A DNA stretch of 64,000 nt from Chrysomallon squamiferum. Lineage: Eukaryota; Animalia; Mollusca. The position numbers and the translations under genes were made by a program. Under the pieces are notes generated by a model. The model was not told the origin of the DNA and searched no databases. It worked only from the letters and a program-made list of their open reading frames with translations. The stretch lies in assembly GCA_012295275.1 (NCBI GenBank), contig CM022673.1, positions 2,294,001 through 2,358,000 of the forward strand. The letters are read 5' to 3'. Positions 1 to 14,169 of this stretch are shown in pieces (the first letter of the stretch is position 1; the number at the start of each line of letters is the position of its first letter).

Positions 1-70
1 GATGGTGATTTTTTTGTGGTGATTTCTCTGATATTTCGTTTTCCTTGTACTCCTGTGTGGTTAACGTCAT
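1..70 (-). CDS. Possible N-terminus of an unidentified protein continuing off the left edge (MTLTTQEYKENEISEKSPQKNHH...)
   Basis: ATG at 70-68 on the minus strand with an open frame to the window edge and protein-like composition. Candidate acceptor gtgtag near 601-602 and candidate upstream first exon ending at 11134. Too short to identify. Confidence 0.3.
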   Translation of the reverse strand, partial: MTLTTQEYKENEISEKSPQKNHH

Positions 71-93
71 GAAATAATGATGACTATCTTAAA

Positions 94-385
94 GAAATGA
101 CGAAAGTTACTACAACGAAATGACGAAACTTACTACAACGAAATGACGAAAGTTACTACAACGAAATGACGAAAGTTACTACAACGAAATGACGAAAACG
201 AAACTTACTACAACGAAATGACGAAAGTTACTACAACGAAATGACGAAACTTACTACAACGAAATGACGAAACTTACTACAACGAAATGACGAAAGTTAC
301 TACAACGAAATGACGAAACTTACTACAACGAAATGACGAAACTTACTACAATGAAATGACGAAAGTTTCTACAATGAAATGACGT
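94..385. repeat. 23-bp minisatellite (gaaatgacgaaa[g/c]ttactacaac), about 12 copies, decaying to the right
   Basis: Unit read directly; copies are contiguous with no unique spacers. Confidence 0.95.
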
Positions 386-1265
386 ATGTTGAATAACACA
401 CTGACGGATGTAGACATAATGAAATGACGGATGTTGGTATAATAAAATGATCGAGGTTGATGTAATGACATGCAGAAGATTGATATGATGCAGGTCGGAG
501 ACTGATATAACGAGGTTCACATAACGAAATGGTGGTGAAAACAACACATCAAATACGTCCTCAACAATTGTCTTAATTATCTTGTTGTAAGTTAAACAGT
601 CTACACGGCGCGGACGCATGAACAACACGAAAATTTACTGTGTGCGCCTTAATTGCTTATTTATTTTCATCTTTGTTTCTCGTTTATCCCCCAAAATCGA
701 AAGTTGATATCCGCAAGGTAATGGCGTTTCCTCTTCTGCTTCTAACCAATTGTATTATGTATGAATCAGCTGGGAAATGACTATGCAGAATGTACTGAAA
801 CAGAGATACGGTGAGGACAGTCAAGATACTCTGTGACTGAATTTTATTCGATGACCCTGCAATCTCTGAAATAAGCTTTTATCTCTTTGGAAACGGGGGT
901 TTCGGGTGTTTTAAATGTGATCAGTAGGAAAGAGAAAAGTTTAAAGATCGTACATTTTTTTTTTTTTTTTTTTTTTGAATCTGAATTAGAACTGGTGTTG
1001 TTTTTGTAATGGTGAGTGTTTGACTGTTCAGTTTAGTACAGAGGTAATTTAATTGATCTACGAGTATGTGATGGCTCAAAAGACTGACAGTCTGAATGGT
1101 AATTAACCGGTTTGCTTTCATAGATAGATTTGTTTGTTCTACACCGAAAGACAAATAGAAAGCCAAGCTCACTGAACTATCTCTTTTATATTTTTCTCTT
1201 TATCACTTTCTTCAATCTGTCTGCCTAATCTCTCTATTTCTTTCTCTTTGCTTCTTCCTCTGTTT

Positions 1266-1286
1266 TTCTTTCTCTCTCTCTGTATA

Positions 1287-1326
<40 letters not shown>
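1266..1326. repeat. (CT)n/(TA)n microsatellite
   Basis: Seen directly. Confidence 0.85.
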
Positions 1327-1330
<4 letters not shown>

Positions 1331-1649
1331 CATCGCTGTTAAACACTTTCCTTATTGTTTCATTCTTACTTCTCTGTCATTGCATTCACTGTTTTGTTTT
1401 CTATCTATTTTTCTACCTGTTTATCTCACTTCTTCTTCATATTTTTCTCTCCTGTTTTTCATTCTTTATTCGCAGTTTGTGTCTGCTGTAATTTTCTCTC
1501 TTACTTTTACCCATCTTTACTCTTCTCCGTTTTCCGGCTAACTCACGCTCTCCTCTCAGTGTTTCTTTATTGACTGTGTTTTGTCTAATTCTTCTCTTTT
1601 GTCTCTCTTTCACCGTCTGTGAATCTCTCTCTCTTACACACGACGTTAG

Positions 1650-1701
1650 ACACGCACAGACACACACACGCACAGACACACACACACACACACACACACA
1701 C
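1650..1701. repeat. (CA)n microsatellite
   Basis: Seen directly. Confidence 0.9.
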
Positions 1702-3233
1702 TCAAATACCCAACTGGTAATGGATAAGCGTCGAAAACCATTCTTTATTTCCGTTCTTATATTTAGTTGTTGGTCTTAATCAGCGGATACATTCCTTGAA
1801 TGTAATATTCATAAATATCTAATATTAACTTTTTTTTATTGTGGAAAATATTCAGTGTAACAAAGGAAGAAAATGGTAAATAACCAGGATAATATTCCGT
1901 ATTAAAATGTATCATTGTGCTTAAGTTGTTTTGCAGATTCAAGGTTTCTCGGAATCATCTTAACATTTATCCCGCTGAGAATGGCAGATTCTCTGACTGT
2001 AATCTGCTGCGACCAGATATGGTTTAATACTATAAGATGTTAGTTGGAAAATAGGTGCCTGACGGCTTTAAAACCTGCCTTGATTACGTTTGTAGCTTAG
2101 GGATTATGGGAAATATCATCCTCCGCTGACAAAAGCATACGCATTTGTATCTTAAATATCAAAACATCATCGTCAATTCACGTATAGTGTATACAAAGAC
2201 TTTAGATTATATATCATTGGTTGCGAATTTGTAAAGCATAGATTCTTCACATCTTGAAGGTTATCCGCTGTTAAGATCAGCATGCTTGTTTGATGCATTT
2301 AAAAGAACCATCTGCTCTAATGAATTAATCACTTGAACATGTACTTATTGTGAAGAGATTACTATAGTCCATTGTTCTAAAGCTCGTATCGCAAGTAGAA
2401 ATCCGTATGCTGGAATTAGACGTCTGAATCAAAAGTACGAGATTAGCGTTTCGTGTTTCTTTGGTAAATAATACCGCGAATTCTTGTAACATATTTCCTT
2501 GTTCTGTAAGATTGTACGACAGTCATTACTGGTTGACGAAGGAAGTTTAAAGTCAAATTATATTTGTACTGACTGAAGGATTAATTTAAATCTTGCATCG
2601 CATTCCAACAAGGAATTCGTGCTACGAGGTCACGCAACAGTCTAAGTTAGTAGTTTAATATATTTTGTCCTGGCAGATGGGTCCTAGGTTTGGATGTTGT
2701 TGTGAATAGGTTTTGGATCTCTTCCATCAGAGAATTCTTCAAACACATACCTGTCAGGGTCGCACCTTCTCGTTAAAAAATTATTGTCAAGACAGGTGCG
2801 TCTACCGTTTGAAATAACTATATTCGTAAACAAAGACTAATTAATCGTTATATCTTATACAGTAATATATAGATTATCTATTGACAGTAAACTGTTGCCT
2901 CGGTCTTATTAATTCAGTTGAAGCTGTAAATGAATTCAGGATTTGGATTTCAAAAAATAGCTGATATCTGTAATCTAATACCACATAATCATTTCATACA
3001 AGAAAAAAGAGAATAACCATTTACATTAAACTCTTGTATCTCTCTGCGCACTTCGTGATCGGATTACATGATAAATGACCTAAAATCAATTAATCCAGCC
3101 GAACAGAAGCGTGTCTGCAGAATGTGTACACTAACTGGGTAAACGTCTGGAATTCACAAAGGAGTTTCATGTTACACATTTACCAACGGGGCAAATATAA
3201 GTATCAGATGAACCTTTGACATACATTCATAAA

Positions 3234-3271
<38 letters not shown>

Positions 3272-3787
3272 ATATATACTGACATATGCTTTCACACAGA
3301 CAAAAAACATACGTACGTACGCAACTAGGCCATATAAATCGAAAAAGAAAACATCGTCTTTACAGGCAAACATGAATGGAATGGAAAAAAGACCTACATT
3401 AGACAGTTCATATATACCGAAAGTGAAAAAACAACAAACAAAACAAAACAAACAATCACATAATTATCACACACAGACAAGTAATGAAAGGGTAATTTTG
3501 TACATTACAATCGTGTAAGTTCCAATATTATAACATATATATATATATATAAAAAATAAGCATCACTATTAGATCTTCAAATATACCAAAAGAAAAGACG
3601 ATACTATTAAATTATTTTATGTTCTCAAGGCAAAGACACCTGAGTTAAGTTGTCAGAATCACATGTAGTTACTGCTTTCAGTCAGAATACTTTTATAATG
3701 AATAGACTATGAAATGAATATCCAGAATAACGAATTTGTTTTGAAGGGTAAAAATGGAAATGGAATCAACTCAGATTTTCTGTTAAA

Positions 3788-3805
3788 ATAATTATAATAA
3801 TAATT

Positions 3806-3875
<70 letters not shown>

Positions 3876-3912
3876 TAATAATTAATAATATTAATAATAA
3901 TAATAATAATAA
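3788..3912. repeat. (AAT)n microsatellite
   Basis: Seen directly. Confidence 0.9.
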
Positions 3913-4778
3913 AAGATTATAACTTTTATATAAACCGGCTTAGACATAATGTTATTTGCAATAAGATGCGACTTCATATAAAATTACAAAGATATAGTAT
4001 TATTTGTTATAAGATATCAACTGACTTAGATATAAAATGTAACATTTATATAAACTGAAGCAGATGTTGTGTTATATATTCTAAGAAGTCCACAATATAA
4101 CAGAGATTAGAAATCTGTGGAGATTAATTAATGTTGGAATAAACCAGACTGAAATAAAAACACTGAAATCCTTTGTGAAGAACATTATGTAATACGAGTC
4201 ATCGATAAAAAGAACTGATGATATATTAGCCTTTGGATCTTTAAAGATCTTTATTATCATTAAATGTCCTTAATTTCATAATTAGAACAAGCAGATAATA
4301 ATTAATATAAAATTTAAAAATTATATTAACAGAAGCAGCAAAAAGCAATGACAACATTAATAATCGGAGTTATAATAATAACAAACAAAGAAAAATATCG
4401 AAGTTATAATGATGTAATTATAATAACAAAAGAAGAAAAATTAATTATCTGTATAAATAAAAATGAATGTGTGCGTGTGTGTGTGTTTATGTGGATGTGG
4501 GTGGGTTCGCAAAAACTATGTCACATCTTAATCACATAATCGAAATGATTACCAAAATTTTGGTCGGAAACAGATTCAGACGCAGACTACTGCAATCATT
4601 TTTCTTTTCAAATGACGTAATGAGCTAATGTCAATCATAAAATACACTGAACTGCACAATATATAAAAATACAAAAAAATGTAAAATGTGAAAATGTAAA
4701 ATTCATAAAGCCTTTTTACATCTTTATATCTTCTTTAACTCCAAATACATTTTGTGTTAATACAGACATCATCTAATC

Positions 4779-5216
4779 CAGGGTTGCGCAACATGTGGCC
4801 GTGGGAAGGATGTCGCCTCAGCACATTCAACTTCTCATTTGAAATAAAACGAGACTGCGTGCCAGTATAACCATTCATACACCATGCATTTCATAGACTG
4901 TCAGATGCCGTACACAGCAAGGCGTCCATTTTTAGATCCCACACTGTTAAAGTTGTTATTTAATAAAAGTAATGAATAATATTAATAACTGTTTTATTTT
5001 AACTTTAATGGGAACCATAGAGGGATGATGTCAGGTCTCATGGAAACGTAAATGCACCCATTATCTATAAGTACCATTTTAAGTCACAGAGGTTCACTGT
5101 TAGAAAATTACGCAAAATTGTATATGTTACGCTTTCAGATTTTACGAAATCACAATGAAATTTGTGCGGCCGAAGTGACAGTGACGTTAAGATCAGAAAG
5201 TCTGCGCATGCCCCCG
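4779..5216. mobile_element. Non-autonomous hAT-like DNA transposon (MITE), degenerate
   Basis: Left end CAGGGTTGCGCAAC and right end TGCGCATGCCCCCG form imperfect TIRs. Flanked by an 8-bp near-identical TSD, atctaatc (4771-4778) / atctaacc (5217-5224), with the TCTA core typical of hAT targets. Confidence 0.6.
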
Positions 5217-6030
5217 ATCTAACCAAACACGTTACGTTATTAAATTAACATAAATTATGCAAGCTGCTGGAAGCTGATTGGCCAAAGACGTTAGATGGCT
5301 GCGGTTAATGTTATGCACACCGTAGACATGGATGTCACCAACATAGTGGTCACCGCCGACATCAGTGTCCCAGTCGCATTCACAGCCGTTTTAGACTCTT
5401 TAGTCAGTATTTTTCGTAATCACAGAACACACGTTCGCTTTTAATGTCCAACAGTAGTAAGAAAAACACGAACAAGACAACAACAAAATTAATACCAATA
5501 ACAATGATAACTGATTAATCGTGAAATGTGCTTCAAGAGTTGACGATCGCTTTTTTTTCTCGTTTATCTGACGTGCGAAAATTAAGTTGGTAAATATAAC
5601 CCATTAGTGCAGTTCGTTTTTCAACCTGATGAGTATTTCTGCATCGTATTCCATTGCATTAATTATTTTAATCCCAAGAACCTTATCCCAAACATGATTC
5701 TTCAAATTACTAAAAAACCAAACAAAAAAACAACAACATTGCGTTGAGGGACGGATCTAATCCATGTTTGAAAAATCTTTTGTAACGGACTGGGGTCTTT
5801 GACCGATAGTTCCTGATATATAAGTTGATATAAGCTATATTTCGTTCAAACGATAAAATAATTAATTAGTGTGCACATATTAAAAAATTTAATACACAGA
5901 CAAAACATGACCATATGAAATTTGACACCGTATACCATTCGTTGGTTTGCTTAATATACTGCATGCATATTTTCAGCGTCGTAAAGCAATTTATATAAAA
6001 TATTACTATCCAGTGATATGTGTGAATATG

Positions 6031-6035
<5 letters not shown>

Positions 6036-6122
<87 letters not shown>
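6036..6122. repeat. (AG)n microsatellite
   Basis: Seen directly. Confidence 0.95.
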
Positions 6123-6126
<4 letters not shown>

Positions 6127-6886
6127 TTAATAAATAAAACAGGAAAAGTGAGGATGGAGACAGGTAGACAGAGAAACAGACAGAGAATCAGAGAGACAGA
6201 GAGAGTATATATAAAAATGAAGAAAAATGTTAAAAGTCTTCTTCAGAAAAGACTTCTGTGCCAATTAAGAAACTCCCTGGCTGCAGATATTCACACATTT
6301 GCGCAATGAGAAGATTGCACACAACTATTAAGCAAAGTGTCGATGCTAGTCGTCATTTTGTCTTGCTTCAACATCAGAGTGGAAAGATAAAAGCGTTAAA
6401 AGAAATCTATTATCTGCCCCTTCCAGTAGACATCAAGAGACTGACTCCACACAAGGAAGGACTAAGTGTGTTGAAAAATGGAACAAAAGAGAATCGATCC
6501 AAGGCAGCATTAAAGTACAGAACACAAAATGCCTGAGTATCTACAAAGTTATGAAGAAAAAGAAAAAAAAAACCGAAAAGATGTTTTAGGATTTTTTTTT
6601 TTTTTTTTATCCAAAAATAAATTGGGTGTTTCATTTCGTAATCGTTTTACTAAAAATATTATTGTAAAATTTCATTTGGTCAAACCGTTTATTTATTTGT
6701 TTATTTTATTTTTACTTTTCAATTTCTGATGGAAACACGTTTAGCTGATATTTTCAGAATGTTTTAAACTAAAAATATTTTCATTACTTATAACCATAAT
6801 CAAACAACGCATTTAAGAGATGCAGCAAAATATGATTTAATTAACTTTCAAAATTTTCTTTTATTCCAGTTTTATTTAGTGAGTTA

Positions 6887-6947
<61 letters not shown>

Positions 6948-7176
6948 TTATTTTGTTATTGTTTTTAATTATTATTATTAATCTCTCAGAATCCGATTTT
7001 GAATGCTTGAATGTTTCTAGAATATAATAAAACCAATAATTAGTAACATGAGCTGGATAATGAACTTTCTTTTTGTATTATGTTATTTCATTGGTAGACT
7101 TTTTATAGCAGAATTTAAAAACAAAATAAAACCAAAAAAACAAAAGCAATTTGTAATCTTTTAGATTAAATAATAA

Positions 7177-7292
7177 TGATGATGATGATGATGATGATGG
7201 TGATAACAGTGATGATGATAATACTGATGACGATGATGATGATGGTGATAACAATAAAATGATAATGATGATGATGATGACGATGATAATGA
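7177..7292. repeat. (GAT)n imperfect microsatellite
   Basis: Seen directly. Confidence 0.85.
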
Positions 7293-7824
7293 CAGAGATA
7301 ATAAACTGAGCAAAAAACAGCTGAAACTGAATGTCTATTACGGTGGAAACGTTTTGTCTGATACCTGTGATATTCTGTCCTTTTTCGTCATGTCAGATCG
7401 CATGATGTCATAACACCTACTGGGTTGTGAAATGTGAAAATTATTTTTTTTACGGATATATAAAAATAAAAATACACAAGTATTTATTAATTGAATAAAT
7501 CGGAGAGAATATTCACTATTGGAAATAACGTATTGAAGGTAATAACGACATTTCTTTTTTTTTTTATTTTATTTTTTTTTTTGTTTTTTTTGTAATTTCC
7601 AACTTATGTTATCAGGAATGTGTTCAGAAAATACGGAAGTGATAGCCGTTGACATTTATAAATTTTGAAAATTAATGCTGGAGTGTACAAAGTTCAGTCC
7701 TGTAATTACATTTATCACTAAACCAAGGCGTGGGTTAATCTTTCATCCCACGTGATGTCAGAGGGTTGTAATTTTCTTTATATTTCCGAAATAAAGACAG
7801 ACAGACACGCACACACACACATAC

Positions 7825-7999
<175 letters not shown>

Positions 8000-8408
8000 T
8001 TCAGACAAAACGACGGAGAGAGTCAGAGAGAGAGAGAGCGATAACTGATAAGGAAGAGAGAAAGAAAGAGGAAAAGAGCGACAGACAAACTGAGAAAGAA
8101 AGAGAGAGATAGTATCATTCAGAAATTATTCCATTTACATTGAAACAGAGTCTGAAAAGAATTGATTGATTGCTTGTGCCGTAAATAGACAAATAATGGC
8201 ATACTATTGAATATATTTATATCTCTTTAGGAACTATCATTAATTATTACTCTTAGCATGTAGTATTATCACATTTAAACAACAAACACGCAGATTTTGA
8301 CGTGTGTTTGCTTTAAATCATCTTACGGATTTCTAGAACAATAGTAAACATACTTATACATATATATGTGTGTTTTGATGAATTTGTTTTGTGTGTATGT
8401 GTGTGGAT

Positions 8409-9818
8409 GGCTTAGTCCCATTTGGTAGAATCCCATTTCGTAGAAAGGCTAAATGTGGTTCAGTGGTCTTATTGACATGTTTGGTTTTACCTCAGTCATT
8501 TTAATGAACTGCTCCAGATTATTTGGAAAGCGATTATTATTGTATAAATACAGTAACATCTTGCTTAACGATACCACGCTTTAACAGTCTTTCTTCTTTA
8601 CAAATTATATAAATAGAAATTTAATTTAATAGTTAATTGCTCGAAATAAATGATACAAATGTATACAGTGCATGTTTTTAAGTCCTTTTTCTTTAATTTT
8701 TCGTTCATTCACGAGCTTCTCTCAGCTGTGTTGATCAGTTGACACGTCATATGTGCATCTGATATTCTGATTCTCTTTTGTCTTCTGCTTCGATTTAGAC
8801 TTAAACTTGTTTGTAATTTACCCTTCCAATATGTCAAAACGAATAACAGTATACCGGCAAATGCTGATGATAAAAAAAACGGAAGATAATAACTTTAGAA
8901 ACAAAATACATTATCTTAAATGAAACCAAAACCCACAATGAGCGGCATATACTTATTTCTTAATGTATTTGTATAAATTGATTTGTAAATGATTTACTGT
9001 TTATTTAATATCTGCAATCTATTAAATCATTTATGTCTAAACTGCCGTTTTATTTCTCCTTATTTCACCTCTTTTTTTTTTTTTTATGTCAGATCTCATC
9101 AGCGAGAAAGTAACCACTGCTTTTAACCTTAATTCTATGTAAATTAGTCTCCCGCTTACCTCACTTAATTATTGGAAGTTTTGGAACCAATTACATCTTT
9201 AATCTGAGGTATTATTGTACTATGGATATTGCTTATCGCATGCAAATATGACAAATATCGAAATAATCTATGTATCGAATATAGTGAATGTAAATAATAA
9301 AAAAGAAGGTATTTATCTAAAAGTATTCCCAATGATTTGGTCCTTCGTATAAACTTTTTCAGTCATAGCCAAAGTATTTGCAGGTCATAATATCTTTAGT
9401 GTACACACTATTAATATACTATGTCACATATATTGTATAATATGTGCACAATCTGAATATATGTCACTATGTGTGCATAATGTAAATATGATCAGTAGCA
9501 GATATCTTGTACATGTTTAAGCTGAATACGGTTGGATTCGAAAAGTTAATGATAAATGTAAGAAATATTCTATTTACTGAATATAAGTAAATTACTCATA
9601 TGTAAAATATGTTTTGTTAAAAATTATATTTGCTGAATTAGTTATTTATAATATTTTTTCTCGTATTCTCTTACAGAAGCAAGCCATTTTTCTTTTCTTT
9701 CATTCTTTTTTCGTTTTGTTTTTTAATAGATAGATGAAATTGATGTAAAATTGTTTATTATTGGTTGCTTGTTTTGTAACGGAAATGAAATGTTTATGAA
9801 TTAGAAATGACCAGTTTA

Positions 9819-9855
<37 letters not shown>

Positions 9856-10232
9856 GTAACTAATTATAATAACTAATTAAAATAAGAAGAATAAGAAGAA
9901 TAACAATAATAATAACAACAATAATAATAGTAATAATATAATAATAATAATAATAATGTTGATGATGATAATGAGAAGGAGGAAGATGATGAAATAATGA
10001 AAAAGTAACAAATCAACAACAAATGAGTTGTTAAATGCTTATTCTGCTTTCGGTTGATGTTACATAATCGATTTAGGAACAATGCGCTCCCCCTCTGAAT
10101 GTTAGAAAGAAACCAGATGTATGCACAGGCCAAGTTCATTATATACAGAGGTAATCAGGTATTGCGGTAAACCAGGTTTTTCTACGAAATGGGAATTATA
10201 CGAACTGGGAATCTACCAAATGGGAAGACACC
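8409..10232. mobile_element. Non-autonomous TIR DNA transposon (Mutator/MULE-like), ~1.8 kb
   Basis: Left end gg...tcccatttggtagaatcccatttcgtagaaa is the inverse of right end tttctacgaaatgggaa...tctaccaaatgggaagacacc. Perfect TSD gtgtggat(g) at 8401-8408 and 10233-10240; GG...CC termini. No transposase ORF. Confidence 0.8.
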
Positions 10233-10919
10233 GTGTGGATGTGTGTGAGTATGTGTGCGTCTCTTGTTATGTAAAGGTTGTGTTGTTGTTACTGTTGCTA
10301 CTGTTGCTGTTGTCAACGTGTTGGTTGTGGAGTATGAGAGTTTGGTTTTATTACTCTTACTTATTTTTAATTTGCTTTGGTTCTTGCTGTTGTTATATTT
10401 TATTTTATTTTATTTTATTTTTTTATTTTTATTCTGATTAATATAAATTATAAAGCCGTGTATTCCCACCACAAGAAAAAAGTTCACAGTTTCTAATTCA
10501 TAATCTTGTAGCAAAAAGATCATTTAGGAAAAATATTTAAAAAACATAATCAAGCATTAGGAAACTGACATTCATCAGAATGCAAGATCTTAAAAAATTA
10601 ACAATTAATTATCGATTTTTGAAATATAATTCTCTAAAAGATGAGATTAAAAAAAAGTATATAAAGCTTTTGAAATATTTTAAGTTATTAAAGTGCCAGG
10701 TTTTCTGTATGAAGGTTTATTTTTGTTATATGAAAACTGTTAAGAATAAGTTTAATGATGGCGACTCTTTGAATTTGATTTATGTTAAAGAATATTAACA
10801 AAGATTTTTATAGATTAATAGCCTATACTAATGTTTGTTTATATATTTATTAATTAAGGTTACAAAAATTTAAGAAATTTTATCCATCGTTCATACTAGT
10901 CTAAACACAGTATGTATAT

Positions 10920-10921
<2 letters not shown>

Positions 10922-10975
<54 letters not shown>
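10922..10975. repeat. (TG)n microsatellite
   Basis: Seen directly. Confidence 0.95.
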
Positions 10976-10979
<4 letters not shown>

Positions 10980-11133
10980 AAATAGTGATATAAAAGTAAT
11001 AAAAAAAAAAAAAAAAAAAAACTTAATTAAATAAATGTTTTATTTTCGTTAACTCTACAAATAAAATACAGAGAAATATTACAAAACAAGAACATGCACA
11101 AAATAAAAACAATAAGAACAACAACAAATTTAC

Positions 11134-11460
11134 CTTTATTTCCAGATCCACCGAGTCCTGTCGATCATTTTCGTACGTCTTCGTTTGTTTTAGTTTCTAT
11201 CATCTACGTCCTCAAAACGACGCGCGACAATCGAAGTTACCGCGGATCTGGCTTGTAAGAAACGACGGCTGTCAGTAAGGGAATGTTCTGGCAGCACCGA
11301 TCGAAGAAGCATTGTCAGAATGTTCTTGTCGCTCGAGCTGTGACGTATTTGGCGCAATCATAGGATCTACGGCAAGAGAACCGCGATCGAGGTGACACGT
11401 GAAATCCTCGATTCTTCAGACGGCTGACTGTTTGTCAGTCGAAAACGATCTCAGATAGAC
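11134..11460 (-). other. Putative CpG-rich first (5'UTR) exon/promoter of a minus-strand gene
   Basis: Sharp CpG-dense island ending at a good minus-strand donor, AAAG|gtaaat (exon end 11134). Contains only short uORFs. TSS position is not determinable. Confidence 0.4.
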
Positions 11461-11772
11461 GGTATTGTTTGTGACGATTTTGTTATGTAAAAAGCGTAGA
11501 AGAGAAGAAGAAAGAAAAAAAAAAGAAAATCAGAACGTCAGTTTTAGTGGGATTTAGTATCCGATGCGTTGGCTACTAGAATCCGACACTGCAGATGAAA
11601 ATATTTCATTTAGATCTTGCCTGCCTGTGTGTGTGTGTGTGTGTGTGTGGGAAAAAAAAAAAAACATTAAAAAAAAAATTATTATTCATATTTTAGATGG
11701 ATATTGGTGCATGGTATAAGTAGTTATCAATATTCCACATTGTTTTGAAGCTATTTTTGTAACACGGTACTA

Positions 11773-12021
11773 CAGGTACCGGACCAGTTATCCGGCGTCC
11801 TGAAATTCTAAAAGACCAGAAAACCAGTAGTTTTTTCCGCATTGTTTACCTGTCGAGTCGCCACAGTTGCGCATCATCAATTTTCTTTACGTTTTTAATT
11901 TTAAAATACTTATGCCTGATTATTTACGTATTTAGATGCCTCGGTACCGGAAAACCGGAAAATACAGAAATCCAGACTGCCTCAGGCCCCAAGGAGTCCG
12001 GATAATTGGTCCGGGTACCTG
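11773..12021. mobile_element. Tc1/mariner-pogo (Tigger-like) MITE
   Basis: TIRs CAGGTACCGGACCAGTTATCCGG ... CCGGATAATTGGTCCGGGTACCTG, flanked by TA on both sides. Confidence 0.85.
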
Positions 12022-12252
12022 TATACAGCAAGATGATTTAATTTTTTATATATATATATATATATATATACTTTGGTGTACACGCTTGAAGTAAGTAAAC
12101 GGCATATGACACGTGGAAATGTCTGACCTTGTATATAATTAGATTAATGGCAAAGGTGTATTCATGGCCGGACTTTAGGCATAACCTTAAAAACTTCAGT
12201 TTAGTATATGTTGCTTCTTATATACATTATCTGACACAGTCACGATTTTTGA

Positions 12253-12253
<1 letters not shown>

Positions 12254-12307
<54 letters not shown>
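12254..12307. repeat. (TTA)n microsatellite
   Basis: Seen directly. Confidence 0.9.
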
Positions 12308-12308
<1 letters not shown>

Positions 12309-12741
12309 TCGTTCGTTCGTTATATTATTATAGTCAATTAATTATAAAATCTAATTAACAGCAGTTAACATTAACGAATTTTAACCAAGTTGATGCGCAG
12401 ATTTCGTATGCGTTAAAGCTTCACAAATACGATCTCTTCAGCTTCCCACAATTCAGTATTTCTTCATGTCGAAATCCGGTTCTATGAGTATTGTATAAAA
12501 ATACGCTTTCGTATTTGAAAAATAATTACAGGATGTTTGTGTGTTGTTATGAAGCTGTTCTGTTGTTTTTTTTTTTCATTCAAAAAAGAAAAGAAAAGAA
12601 GAAGGAGATTATAAATAATCTAAATTAAGTTACTCAGTTGTCTTCTTTGTCGAACTCTTCTTTTTATTCCTTATTTCAATGGATTTTTCTTTTAATTCTT
12701 TATTATTCTTCTTCTTATTATTATTATTTTTATTATGATTA

Positions 12742-12773
<32 letters not shown>

Positions 12774-13169
12774 GTTGTTGTTGTTGTTGTTGTTGTTTTG
12801 TTGGGGTTTTTTTTTTTTTTTTTTTTGGTGTTTTTTTGTAATTTCACTCTTGTTATTGTTTTTCAAATAAAGTCTAAAAATACATTTTACTTTCGCAAAT
12901 AAATACCAAATGGAAAAACTTGATGAAAATATTATGACGAAATGGTAGAACTATATTTACAATATTGCTATGTTCAAAGATAACAATCAAATGCAAAATA
13001 TATTATCCAGTCTTCATAAAAAATTTTTTTTTTTTTTTTTTTTTTTGTTCATTATAATTATTATTATTATTATTGTTTTTGTGGTTGCCACTGCTGTTAA
13101 TGATTCGGTATAAGAAACATGGATGCCTAGGGTTTCTTAGTCTCTAAAAAGTTCAGGTAGATAATTAGA

Positions 13170-13470
13170 TACTTCAGTGGCAGAGCGCTGATTTAAAGTG
13201 TTCTTTGCTGTTGGGCGGTGCCGTTGTTAGAGTATAACTAAAAGGTCGTGGGTTCGAGGCCCCGGAGGATGCGATGCTGTCATGCAGCGGTGGCGGTTTT
13301 GAGTATGATTAGTGCATTGTACCATTGTGGCAGCATTTGCTGTATGCTGTCTAGGCAGCTGAGGTGGGTGTTGGATAGAAAAAGCTTTTTGTCGGGGAGA
13401 CTAAGCACTTTGAGCAGGCATTAGACATGAAATTATGCGTATATATAAATATCCAATAATAATAATAATA
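13170..13470 (+). mobile_element. tRNA-derived SINE (degenerate)
   Basis: A-box-like tcagtggcagagcg and B-box ggttcgaggcc; central ggcagcatttgctgtatgct...gctgag block; L2-type tail aagcactttgag...gcgtatatataaat followed by (AAT)n. Confidence 0.7.
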
Positions 13471-14169
13471 TGATGATCATGAAGATGATGATAATAATCA
13501 ATGGCGGCAGCAGGTTTCTTCTCTTGTTTCATGTGGAAAGAAAAGGATTAATATAAAAATAGTTTGTAGTGTGGTTAAACATTCATATATTGTTTAAAGT
13601 AAATATAATAATAATAATAATAGTTTAACTCTTATAATAGCTTTCACGTGATTTTTACAACCTTTTCAACGAAATGGCTTTATAATAAAATATCCATCTT
13701 CACCTTGCACGTTTATATGGTAACCTACATGGCAAAGACAGAAAAAAAAAAATAACAGTATTTTAAACCCATCCAAATGTCAAGGACATTCACGTACCAT
13801 GATGCCAAATTCAGTTCCTGGTCGAAATCTTTTTTTTTTTTTCCCAAGTCTACTTTTTCTATAAATGTCTAGCCCCTAGTTATATTGCGTACTGACATCA
13901 AAATTTGAAAAGTCCATTTGCCGTCTGCTGGTATTCAACCTTAAGGCTCGTGGCGATAAGAGATGGTTTAATTCGCGGACAGATTAATAGTCATTCCCTG
14001 GCTAATTTGTTCTTTTTCAAGACAGTTTGTCGCACATCAAAGTCCTGTTAATTAGCGTTAATGTCTGACGGAGAGAGTTTGTTCAACGCTTCAGTATTTG
14101 AAAGACGTCGATCGAAACTTCTGACAAATTTGATATGGATTTGGACGGACTGTTATTCTAGAAAAAATG

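Noticed and set aside
94-385. CRISPR-like array
   Set aside because: Contiguous 23-bp units with no unique spacers, eukaryotic context, and no cas genes.
13170-13270. Functional tRNA gene
   Set aside because: No coherent cloverleaf, and it continues into a SINE body and tail.
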